IMG/VR virus record: IMGVR_UViG_2534681772_000013
Strand: one strand, 5' to 3'
Source: a virus
Taxonomy: Duplodnaviria > Heunggongvirae > Uroviricota > Caudoviricetes
Length of the DNA stretch: 8,882 nucleotides
The translations under genes were made by a program, and so were the position numbers. Position 1 is the stretch's first letter; the number at the start of each line of letters is the position of its first letter. Positions 1 through 6,729 of this stretch are shown one piece after another. A model generated the notes under the pieces. That model was given only the letters and a program-made list of their open reading frames with translations. It made no database searches and was not told where the DNA came from.

Positions 1-55
1 GGTATCCGTTCTGCTGAAGTGTCATGGCGTTGATTTTACGGTGACTCTTCGACAG

Positions 56-83
56 TGAAAAGAAAAAAGGCCGCAGAGCGGCC
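56..83 (-). terminator. Putative intrinsic terminator ending the minus-strand cassette (possibly bidirectional)
   Basis: Perfect 6-bp GC stem GGCCGC(69-74)/GCGGCC(78-83) with 3-nt loop; on the minus strand it is followed by a U-run (plus-strand A-run 56-68). It lies about 110 nt downstream of the stop of the 193..747 gene. Confidence 0.5.
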
Positions 84-192
84 ATAAACACAAACAAAAA
101 TCAACAAGTTAGATAATTATCAAAGACTTACAGACACACAAAAACACAGCCAACCACAACAAATAACAGAGATGTGGTCAATTTGTGGATCA

Positions 193-747
193 TCAGCCAA
201 CAAATTTAGCAACAAATACAGCAACCGCCGCCGTGAAAATGGTTGTGCATACTGGCACAATAATGCCACTCCAACGCCACTTCGTATTATCATCAACCTT
301 GTCAAACCGCCGATTCATCTCATCCATAATCTTGTCAAAGCGTTTATCCATCGCTTCGGTAAGCTCACCCTTCAGGCTGTTAATGTCTGATTTGAGCTGC
401 TCTTTCAGGTGAGCTGTATCAGATTTAAGCTCACCTTTCAGATTCGCAATATCGCATTTAAGATCACCTTTCAGATGAGCAATGTCTGCTTTGAGCTCAC
501 CTTTCACCTCACCAACATCGGCTTTGGTTGAGAGGTTTGTAGTGCGTTCAGCAAGCGTCGCAAGGTCGTTTCTTGTTAGCGATAAATCACTTTCGAGTCG
601 CTCAATTCGCCTTTCAAGTTTATCTGACATTCCACCTCCACTACTGCCGCCATCGCCGCCATGATAAAGCACATCACGCTCAGAATGCGACATACTACCT
701 GCTGAATTACCGAAAAGGTTTCTTGCTACATTACCCATTTTCACCAT
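193..747 (-). CDS. Coiled-coil protein with Gly/Ser-rich N-terminal linker, five hendecad repeats (LKGELKxDIAx) and a single C-terminal transmembrane anchor; function unknown
   Basis: 184-aa ORF from the track. Residues 81-135 form five 11-residue repeats; the C-terminus WRWSGIIVPVCTTIFTAAVAVFVAKFVG is a hydrophobic helix. An internal ATG at 736-738 has an AGGA 8 nt upstream and may be the true start. The start overlaps the stop of the upstream zinc-ribbon gene, suggesting translational coupling. Confidence 0.6.
   Translation of the reverse strand: MVKMGNVARNLFGNSAGSMSHSERDVLYHGGDGGSSGGGMSDKLERRIERLESDLSLTRNDLATLAERTTNLSTKADVGEVKGELKADIAHLKGDLKCDIANLKGELKSDTAHLKEQLKSDINSLKGELTEAMDKRFDKIMDEMNRRFDKVDDNTKWRWSGIIVPVCTTIFTAAVAVFVAKFVG
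343..507. repeat. Five tandem copies of an approximately 33-bp unit encoding the hendecad repeats of the coiled-coil protein
   Basis: Recurring motif visible in the DNA (gagctcacctttcag / gatttaagctcacctttcag / atttaagatcacctttcag) at about 33-bp spacing, matching protein repeats VKGELKADIAH-LKGDLKCDIAN-LKGELKSDTAH-LKEQLKSDINS-LKGELTEAMDK. Confidence 0.6.
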
Positions 748-1093
748 CCTGTGCTTTGTCTTTCTCCAACCACTTCAGCACCGCAGACGTACGGTAAAGG
801 CTCAGGTAACCACAATTCAGGCAATGCAGCGTGTAATAAGTTTTGCGCATATCAGGTATGCTCTTAACATCACCCAAAAAAGTATAAGATACATAATGCT
901 TTATGTTCTCTTTAATTAACTCACTCTGCTCCTCCAAGGGTAGATTGTTAAAATTTTCTGGTTTCTTATTTTTATCCCAGCAAAGATCCATACTTTCAGG
1001 CACAGATAATCGAGACGATCCACATGAAGGGCAGACACTGGAAACCCCCTTCTCAGACAAGAAACGGAAGAAGATTTCTGGCGTAATCTCCAT
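731..1093 (-). CDS. Small zinc-ribbon protein (CPSCG ... CLNCGY), AT-rich, function unknown
   Basis: The track gives 731..1126 (131 aa). The internal ATG at 1091-1093 (MEITPEIFF...) is preceded by a strong SD (TAAGGAGCGGCTG-ATG), whereas the ATG at 1126 has only a weak AAGAAG, so 1093 is preferred. Two CxxC pairs suggest a Zn ribbon. The region is markedly AT-rich compared with the integrase. Confidence 0.55.
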   Translation of the reverse strand: MEITPEIFFRFLSEKGVSSVCPSCGSSRLSVPESMDLCWDKNKKPENFNNLPLEEQSELIKENIKHYVSYTFLGDVKSIPDMRKTYYTLHCLNCGYLSLYRTSAVLKWLEKDKAQDGENG

Positions 1094-1232
1094 CAGCCGC
1101 TCCTTATGTTTATTGACACGACTCATCGACTTCTTATTGATTTCATCAGCTTCTTCTTTGCATTTATCTTCTATATATTTCGATAGTAAATAGTCATATA
1201 ACTCTTTTTTTGTAGGTTTTTTATTTCCATAG

Positions 1233-2210
1233 TTACATTCCTCCCAAGGGATTAAACCTCACCGCATCCTGCAGGTAATCCGGCGCAAGATGGGCATAAA
1301 TCATCGTTGTCTGAATCTTTGCGTGCCCCAGAATTTTCTGGAGCGTCAGAATATTGCCGCCGTTCATCATGAAATGACTGGCGAAGGTGTGGCGCAGCGC
1401 ATGAACAGCCTGGCCGTCAGGAACATCAGGTGCGACCGTTTTGATGACATCGCGAACCAATGGATAATCCAGCGTCGGAAACACCAGTTTCCCGCCCCGT
1501 TTTTTGATCTTTTCAAACAGGCTTTCAGAAATAGGAACGGTACGGTTTTTGCTGTTCTTCGTTTTTGAAAAAGTGATTCGACAATGAAGAACACGGCGCT
1601 GCTCCAGTGCCGCTACCTCGCCCCATCGCGCCCCGGTCGACAGAAGGATTTCGACAGCCAGCCGTTCATCGGGATTTTCAGCCAGTGCATCCAGCAACTG
1701 AACACATTCAGACTTACTCAGATATCCCATTTCGCGCTCGTTAACCTTCATTCCTTTAAGGCCTTGAACGGGGTTATCGTTAAGAAAATGGCCGGATGAG
1801 ATGAGTGCGGTAAACATCGCGCTTAACGCCCCAATCTCTCGATTAATGGTGCTGGGCTGTATCCCCTGCTCTATCCTGGACACACGCAGCTCGGTGAGCA
1901 TCGTTGTATTAAGTTTATGCACGCACGGGTCATCCATTGCCTCACTCAAGCGCAGCAATTTAAGGCGCGTGTTATGCCCTGACTTCATTAGCTGACCGTG
2001 GTATTTCCACCACAAGTCAATAAGCACTGACAGCGGACGGCGATCAATGGAGTTTCCTTTCCACTCATTGTTATGCTGTTGCGCCAGCACCCACCGCTCA
2101 TATAAAACTGCATCCGATTTCGTTTTAAATTTTTTACGAATGCGCTTGCCTTTGCGCCCCTCTGGACGCATGTCAAGAAGATAACCTCCCGGAATTGATT
2201 TTATGCTCAT
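1233..2210 (-). CDS. int: Tyrosine site-specific integrase, P2-family
   Basis: C-terminal catalytic signature HALRHTFASHFMMNGGNILTLQKILGHAKIQTTMIYAHLAPDY (R, H-x-x-R, Y) and an N-terminus MSIKSIPGGYLLDMRPEGRKGKRIRKKFKTKSDAV typical of P2-like integrases. The track ORF extends to 2360, but that extension overlaps the 3' end of the repressor gene in another frame; the ATG at 2208-2210 gives a 326-aa protein of the expected size. Confidence 0.9.
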   Translation of the reverse strand: MSIKSIPGGYLLDMRPEGRKGKRIRKKFKTKSDAVLYERWVLAQQHNNEWKGNSIDRRPLSVLIDLWWKYHGQLMKSGHNTRLKLLRLSEAMDDPCVHKLNTTMLTELRVSRIEQGIQPSTINREIGALSAMFTALISSGHFLNDNPVQGLKGMKVNEREMGYLSKSECVQLLDALAENPDERLAVEILLSTGARWGEVAALEQRRVLHCRITFSKTKNSKNRTVPISESLFEKIKKRGGKLVFPTLDYPLVRDVIKTVAPDVPDGQAVHALRHTFASHFMMNGGNILTLQKILGHAKIQTTMIYAHLAPDYLQDAVRFNPLGGM

Positions 2211-2259
2211 TCGTGAAACCCCAGCGTTACAAGACCACCATGCCCCCAGCGTTCCATGA

Positions 2260-2570
2260 TTAGCCGGGCTGTGTGCCAGTCTTGCGGGATTTTTGAGAAG
2301 ACGATGTGTTTTCTGGCCCATCAGGGGAGAGAGAGGGACTGATCTGCCCTGCAGCCTCATTTGTTTTTCCCGTCATAAGCCATATAGTGTATTTTTCGAA
2401 ATCCTTAGAATTAATTACGCGATCAACAACGCTTAAACCAACCTCTCTTTTACCGCTCTCATAATTCTTTATAGTTCCGAGATTTATCCCAGTAACATCA
2501 GCAAACTCAGCTTGAGTTAACCCTTCACTTTTCCGTATCTCTTTCAGTTTTTTTCGTACCCACTTGACAT
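2260..2570 (-). pseudogene. C: P2 C-type immunity repressor (XRE-family HTH), interrupted by a 1-nt frameshift in an A7 homopolymer
   Basis: ATG at 2568-2570 reads MSSGYEKN then stops. Shifting by 1 nt at the A7 run (plus T-run 2548-2554) gives MSSGYEKKLKEIRKSEGLTQAEFADVTGINLGTIKNYESGKREVGLSVVDRVINSKDFEKYTIWLMTGKTNEAAGQISPSLSPDGPENTSSSQKSRKTGTQPG (about 103 aa). This has a clear HTH and, from memory, a P2 C-like C-terminal tail. Position and orientation relative to int match P2. Confidence 0.55.
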
Positions 2571-2661
2571 GGTGGTCTCCAGACGACTAAATTAACCCTA
2601 AAAGTCGCCTAGAGACGACTTTTAGCAACAAATAACCACAGACTGAACAGGTTATCACATC
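2571..2661. promoter_or_regulatory. Divergent immunity switch region with operator-like repeats
   Basis: 90-bp intergenic region between divergent genes. Inverted repeat CTAAAAGTCG (2598-2607) / CGACTTTTAG (2616-2625) with an 8-bp spacer; direct repeat AGACGACT at 2581-2588 and 2613-2620. Confidence 0.5.
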
Positions 2662-2940
2662 ATGACAAAGCTCTTGAACACATACGAGCAAGCGGATTTT
2701 GAGCGTTTGGCGGCGTTCTACCCATACCGCGATGAGCATGGATTACCGGTACTCGAAGAAAGCCTGAAAGATTACGCGAAGCGTACCAATCAAACTGTTA
2801 ATGCAGTGAAAAGGCAGGCTGACAGAGCAGCCCTTCCCATCAACCAAGAAGAAAAAAACTCAAAACGTACAGTAAATCTCTTCGCAATTTTCCTGAAAAC
2901 CATCAGAAACGCAGAGAAATACGTGCAGATGACAAAATAA
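2662..2940 (+). CDS. First early-operon gene; possible Cox/Apl-like small DNA-binding regulator
   Basis: 92-aa ORF divergent from the repressor. The segment DYAKRTNQTVNAVKRQADRAALPI loosely resembles the HTH region of P2 Cox as I recall it. The RBS is weak, so the start is uncertain. Confidence 0.45.
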   Translation: MTKLLNTYEQADFERLAAFYPYRDEHGLPVLEESLKDYAKRTNQTVNAVKRQADRAALPINQEEKNSKRTVNLFAIFLKTIRNAEKYVQMTK

Positions 2941-2954
2941 CGAGGTGTAATTTT

Positions 2955-3293
2955 ATGCTGAAGCAACGCCGTAATTTTTTTACCGGAACGGAACGCCACG
3001 CTAACCGTTTCGCTACCAGTGCATCACGTAGTAACTCCCGCTACAGCCTGAGCGAGACACACGCAACACCGGATGGTCACCCCGTAAAACAAATTGGTGA
3101 ACACACTTGGCTGATTGAGAAAGCTGGAATCGTGATCCACAAATGCCCACGCAATCCGTTTACCGGAAACCGCATTTTTGCATTGAGCTGTGGCGACAAT
3201 CAGTTCGGGCAGGATTTCACATTATACGAAGCACTTCGCACGGTTGATCGTCTGCTTCGCGGGCAAAATTTTATTAAACAGGCTGATTTATAA
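2955..3293 (+). CDS. Hypothetical early protein
   Basis: 112-aa ORF with a good SD (GAGGTG 7 nt upstream of the ATG at 2955); same strand and tight spacing with neighbours. No recognisable domain. Confidence 0.5.
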   Translation: MLKQRRNFFTGTERHANRFATSASRSNSRYSLSETHATPDGHPVKQIGEHTWLIEKAGIVIHKCPRNPFTGNRIFALSCGDNQFGQDFTLYEALRTVDRLLRGQNFIKQADL

Positions 3294-3303
3294 CAGGTGC
3301 TTT

Positions 3304-3591
3304 ATGACCAAAGACCATGCACAAGGTGTATTTATCCGTTTTATTGATTTTCGCGGTGAACTGTTATTACGTGCATCCGCTATTGACGGAGTGACTCCGG
3401 CGGGTAAAAACGGAGCCGACGAAGCCACTTACGTTTATCTGAACGGCACGCGACTGCTTGTGGAACTTCCGTACCAGATCGTACGAGAAATCATTAGCGA
3501 AGCTGAAAAGGCACGCCAAGTTAATGGCGATGAACCCTATATCGAAATTATTTGTATGGATTCAGAAGCTGAAATACAGAAAGCAGATTAA
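3304..3591 (+). CDS. Hypothetical early protein
   Basis: ATG at 3304 preceded by AGGTG. Translation MTKDHAQGVFIRFIDFRGELLLRASAIDG... The longer track ORF 3190..3591 overlaps the previous gene and is less likely. Confidence 0.5.
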   Translation: MTKDHAQGVFIRFIDFRGELLLRASAIDGVTPAGKNGADEATYVYLNGTRLLVELPYQIVREIISEAEKARQVNGDEPYIEIICMDSEAEIQKAD

Positions 3592-3603
3592 AGGGCGTTG
3601 TGA

Positions 3604-3608
3604 TGGGC
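3604..3608. repeat. IS2 target-site duplication, left copy (TGGGC)
   Basis: The 5-bp TGGGC immediately outside the IS2 end at 3609 is identical to 4940-4944 outside the other end. Confidence 0.8.
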
Positions 3609-3619
3609 TGGATTTGCCC

Positions 3620-4525
3620 CTATATTTCCAGACATCTGTTATCACTTAACCCATTACAAGCCCGCTGCCGCAGATATTCCCGTGGCGAGCGATAACCCAG
3701 CGCACTATGCGGATGCCATTCGTTATAATGCTCGAACGCCTCTGCAAGGTTCTTTGCTGCCGTTAACCCGTCTGGTTTGGGCATGATACTGATGTAGTCA
3801 CGCTTTATCGTTTTCACGAAGCTCTCTGCTATTCCGTTACTCTCCGGACTCCGCACCGCCGTGTTCTTCGGTTCAAGTCCCAACATCCGGGCGAACTGGC
3901 GTGTTTCATTAGCCCGGTAGCATGAACCATTATCCGTCAGCCACTCCACTGGAGACGACGGAAGATCGTTGCCGAAGCGGCGTTCCACCGCTCCCAGCAT
4001 GACGTCCTGTACTGTTTCACTGTTGAAGCCGCCGGTAGTGACCGCCCAGTGCAGTGCCTCACGATCACAGCAGTCCAGCGCGAACGTGACACGCAGTCTC
4101 TCTCCGTTATCACAGCAGAACTCGAACCCGTCAGAGCACCATCGCTGATTGCTTTCTTTCACGGCCACTCTGCCTGTATGTGCCCGTTTCGATGGCGGTA
4201 CAGCAGGTTTTCGCTCAAGCAACAGCGCATTCTGGCGCATGATCCGGTAAACACGTTTGGCATTGATCGCAGGCATACCATCAAGTTCTGCCTGTCTGCG
4301 AAGCAGCGCCCATACCCGACGATAACCATACGTGGGCAGCTCTCCGATAACATGGTGTATACGGAGAAGCACATCCGTATCATCAGTGTGACGACTGCGG
4401 CGGCCATCCATCCAGTCATCGGTTCGTCTGAGAATGACGTGCAACTGCGCACGCGACACCCGGAGACAACGGCTGACTAAGCTTACTCCCCATCCCCGGG
4501 CAATAAGGGCGCGTGCGCTATCCAC
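3620..4525 (-). CDS. insD: IS2 transposase OrfB (DDE integrase domain)
   Basis: 301-aa translation matches IS2 InsD as recalled ([34 protein letters not shown] ... [14 protein letters not shown]). Confidence 0.93.
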
Positions 4526-4848
4526 TTTTTTGCCCGTCCATATTCAACGGCTTCTTTGAGGAGTTCATTTTCCATCGTTTTCTTGCCGAGCAGGCGCTGG
4601 AGTTCTTTAATCTGCTTCATGGCGGCAGCAAGTTCAGAGGCAGGAACAACCTGTTCTCCGGCGGCGACAGCAGTAAGACTTCCTTCCTGGTATTGCTTAC
4701 GCCAGAGAAATAACTGGCTGGCTGCTACACCATGTTGCCGGGCAACGAGGGAGACCGTCATCCCCGGTTCAAAGCTCTGCTGAACAATTGCGATCTTTTC
4801 CTGTGTGGTACGCCGTCTGCGTTTCTCCGGCCCTAAGACATCAATCAT
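4483..4848 (-). CDS. insC: IS2 transposase OrfA (HTH)
   Basis: Translation from the internal ATG at 4846-4848 is [56 protein letters not shown]... (121 aa). The track's longer 136-aa start lies in the IS2 terminal region and is not the native start. Confidence 0.9.
4506..4512 (-). other. IS2 programmed -1 ribosomal frameshift heptamer A-AAA-AAG (produces the InsCD fusion transposase)
   Basis: Minus-strand GCA-AAA-AAG-TGG in the insC frame, located in the insC/insD overlap, as is typical for the IS3 family. Confidence 0.7.
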
Positions 4849-4938
4849 CTGTTCTCCAATGACTAGTCTAAAAACTAGTATTAAGACTATCACTTATTTA
4901 AGTGATACTGGTTGTCTGGAGATTCAGGGGGGCAGTCT

Positions 4939-5181
4939 ATGGGCAAAGAATATAAAACTCTCATTAACAAAGCACTTGAGCGTTTTTATTTTCGCTTAAG
5001 TGCATCAGGCGCTCATGCTGAACGTGCGGCCCGTGACTCATTGACCAGAGCAATCCGAAGTCTGTATGACGTGGCTTTTTACGCTGATGATCTGGATGCA
5101 CTTAACGAACTTTCCGAGCTGATCTGTGCCGCAGAATGCGGGGAACATATTGAACCGTATAAGCTGGGAAATATCGCATGA
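4939..5181 (+). CDS. Hypothetical early protein whose start codon is split by the IS2 insertion
   Basis: ATG-GGC-AAA-GAA... encodes MGKEYKTLINKALERFYFRLSASGAHAERAARDSLTRAIRSLYDVAFYADDLDALNELSELICAAECGEHIEPYKLGNIA (80 aa). The ATG is rebuilt from the terminal A of IS2 plus the TG of the duplication; the original RBS and ATG (3591-3605) are now 1.3 kb upstream. Confidence 0.45.
   Translation: MGKEYKTLINKALERFYFRLSASGAHAERAARDSLTRAIRSLYDVAFYADDLDALNELSELICAAECGEHIEPYKLGNIA
4940..4944. repeat. IS2 target-site duplication, right copy (TGGGC)
   Basis: Identical to 3604-3608. Confidence 0.8.
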
Positions 5182-5291
5182 GTATATTTATCTCATGGCT
5201 TGTTCTGATTATTTCGGTGGTCTGCGCCATTGGGATTATGCGAATTATTAATTCAGTGAAAAAGATCGAGCGTTTTTTCTCTGATGAATAA
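5178..5291 (+). CDS. Small hydrophobic peptide (37 aa, one predicted TM helix)
   Basis: ATGA overlap with the stop of the upstream gene. Translation MSIFISWLVLIISVVCAIGIMRIINSVKKIERFFSDE. Below the ORF-track size cutoff, so not listed there. Confidence 0.35.
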   Translation: MSIFISWLVLIISVVCAIGIMRIINSVKKIERFFSDE

Positions 5292-5383
5292 CGATACAAA
5301 TAAAACATCAAATTAAATAAGAAAACGTGAAAACCATCCGTATTAATGGAGGTATTCGCACGCGTAAATAACGGAGATATAAA

Positions 5384-5800
5384 ATGAAAGCAAAAGAAGA
5401 AGGCATTATCGACACATTAAAAAAAATATCAGAAGCGGAAGATGAAATGGCTAAAGATGCCGTGAAGCGTAGCCAACATATGGCAGCACTTCACGCACTG
5501 ACCATTGCAAAAATCACCGCTGACGCAGCCAAAATTATTGAGGAACAGGGCAAAGAAATCGACACTCTTAAAACACAGTCAACAGTTGCAGCCATGAATC
5601 CGTCCAGCATTGGACGCCGCATTTACATTCTTGGTTCGGCAATAATGACGCAATACACCATTATTGCCGAACTGCACGGCAAATACCTGATAACGCCTTA
5701 CCACACAAAAGAGTCAGAGCTTCTGACAAATCTCCGCCTGATAGAACGCTCTCAAGCTGTATTCATTGATGACACGCAACGTGCCGTATTTAACGCATAG
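5384..5800 (+). CDS. Hypothetical protein, AT-richer than its neighbours (possible moron)
   Basis: 138-aa ORF with GGAG SD upstream of the ATG at 5384, preceded by about 90 bp of AT-rich non-coding sequence. No recognisable domain. Confidence 0.55.
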   Translation: MKAKEEGIIDTLKKISEAEDEMAKDAVKRSQHMAALHALTIAKITADAAKIIEEQGKEIDTLKTQSTVAAMNPSSIGRRIYILGSAIMTQYTIIAELHGKYLITPYHTKESELLTNLRLIERSQAVFIDDTQRAVFNA

Positions 5801-5823
5801 GGTTACTGGACAAAAGGGGCGCA

Positions 5824-6027
5824 ATGGCAATTAAGCATTTTCCCGTCGTTCGCTTTACCTCCAGAGGGCGCGAATACGAGGTCGACGAACGCCTGATTAC
5901 CACTATCGACAAACATCGTTCGGAAAAGGATGCACACCACATCTACCTCACTGACGGCACTTACTTCTGCGCCACCAACGTGGCGCGAGTAAATCTTATC
6001 CGACAGGTACAGGAGCCACGCAGATGA
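5824..6027 (+). CDS. Hypothetical small early protein
   Basis: 67-aa ORF with AAGGGG SD; its stop overlaps the next start (ATGA at 6024-6027). Confidence 0.5.
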   Translation: MAIKHFPVVRFTSRGREYEVDERLITTIDKHRSEKDAHHIYLTDGTYFCATNVARVNLIRQVQEPRR

Positions 6028-6290
6028 CCATTCTGGACTACATCGCTACTCATCCGGGGTGTAGCGGCGGAGAGATCGCCGCAGCACTGAATACCCCAAC
6101 CACAGCCATTAATGCTGAGTTACGCCGACTCTGGCGCGGCGGCTTAGTCATCAGAACAAACCGCAGCACAGGTGGTCGCGCTCGCAAAACAGGAGGCCAG
6201 GCTTCTTACCACGTAAACCCGATGCCGTTCGGGTGTAGCAATCCACTTACTCACATGTTTAACCAGCTACTGAAGGAAGCCAGAGCATGA
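6024..6290 (+). CDS. Small winged-helix-like DNA-binding protein
   Basis: 88-aa protein MTILDYIATHPGCSGGEIAAALNTPTTAINAELRRLWRGGLVIRTNRS... with a pattern typical of wHTH regulators; translationally coupled to both neighbours by ATGA overlaps. Confidence 0.55.
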   Translation: MTILDYIATHPGCSGGEIAAALNTPTTAINAELRRLWRGGLVIRTNRSTGGRARKTGGQASYHVNPMPFGCSNPLTHMFNQLLKEARA

Positions 6291-6577
6291 GCACCATCAA
6301 CCACCAGAAGCTACGCGAACTGGCATTTGCCCTGCAACGAATGGCAACGCCTCAAAAATTACTGGCATTTCGCGCAATGCTCTCGCCGTCTGCTGTGCTG
6401 GCACTGCTGAATGAGCTGGAGCACGCCAGAACCACGGCTCCTGCCATTCGCCTGACGCTCCATCATGAAATCGCTGATTTCTGCGCGACGTTGGAGGCGC
6501 CGGGCGAACCGGAAACGCCGGAAGCAATACAGCAAGAGCTGCTGCAACGCATTGACAAGGTTTTTGATTTTTTCTGA
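6287..6577 (+). CDS. Hypothetical protein, possibly Ead/Ea22-like
   Basis: 96-aa ORF with an ATGA start overlap. The motif SPSAVLALLNELEHARTTA resembles the conserved region of Ead/Ea22-like phage proteins as I recall it (weak). Confidence 0.5.
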   Translation: MSTINHQKLRELAFALQRMATPQKLLAFRAMLSPSAVLALLNELEHARTTAPAIRLTLHHEIADFCATLEAPGEPETPEAIQQELLQRIDKVFDFF

Positions 6578-6708
6578 ACCAGTAAGAAACCAGAACATGC
6601 ACACACAAAAAAAACCGCTTGCCATGCCGCAATCAGTCAGGTTACATTTCCGCTGCACCTCATAAAACGGGTGCCGGGATTTCCACCCCGCTGACAACTA
6701 CAGCGCAC

Positions 6709-6729
6709 AACCGCGCCAGCGGTTTTTTT
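6709..6729 (+). terminator. Putative intrinsic terminator within the non-coding gap
   Basis: AACCGC-GCCA-GCGGTT stem-loop followed by a T7 run (6723-6729). Confidence 0.45.

Larger units (their letters stand above)
3609..4939 (-). mobile_element. Complete IS2 insertion sequence (IS3 family), 1331 bp
   Basis: Terminal sequences TGGATTTGCCCCTATATTTCCAGACATCTGTTATCACTTAA at 3609 onward and GGTTGTCTGGAGATTCAGGGGGGCAGTCTA ending at 4939; contains insC and insD with the A6G slippery site; flanked by a 5-bp direct duplication. Confidence 0.92.

Noticed and set aside
1-57. Possible 3' end of a plus-strand gene entering from the left edge (…VSVLLKCHGVDFTVTLRQ-stop at 55-57)
   Set aside because: Only 18 codons are visible and two frames are open; too little sequence to support a call.
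172-412. Plus-strand ORFs 172..390 and 185..412, and minus ORF 120..305
   Set aside because: They overlap the better-supported minus-strand coiled-coil gene and translate to low-complexity sequence.
1171-1230. 19-codon mini-ORF (MEIKNLQKKSYMTIYYRNI) just after the int stop with an apparent GGAGG upstream
   Set aside because: The GGAGG is part of the integrase C-terminal codons (G-G-M-stop); the ORF is very short, AT-rich and probably coincidental.
1290-2176. Plus- and minus-strand track ORFs nested in the integrase gene (1290..1568, 1367..1594, 1584..1799, 1801..1995, 1988..2176)
   Set aside because: All lie within the integrase coding region in other frames or antisense; none has independent support.
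2211-2360. N-terminal 50-codon extension of the integrase ORF (track ORF 1233..2360)
   Set aside because: The extension overlaps the 3' coding end of the repressor gene in another frame and has non-protein-like composition; the ATG at 2208-2210 gives a typical integrase N-terminus and length.
4049-4480. Plus-strand 143-aa ORF and minus-strand 97-aa ORF (4159..4452) inside IS2
   Set aside because: They lie within or antisense to the well-defined insD coding region; IS2 encodes only insC and insD here.
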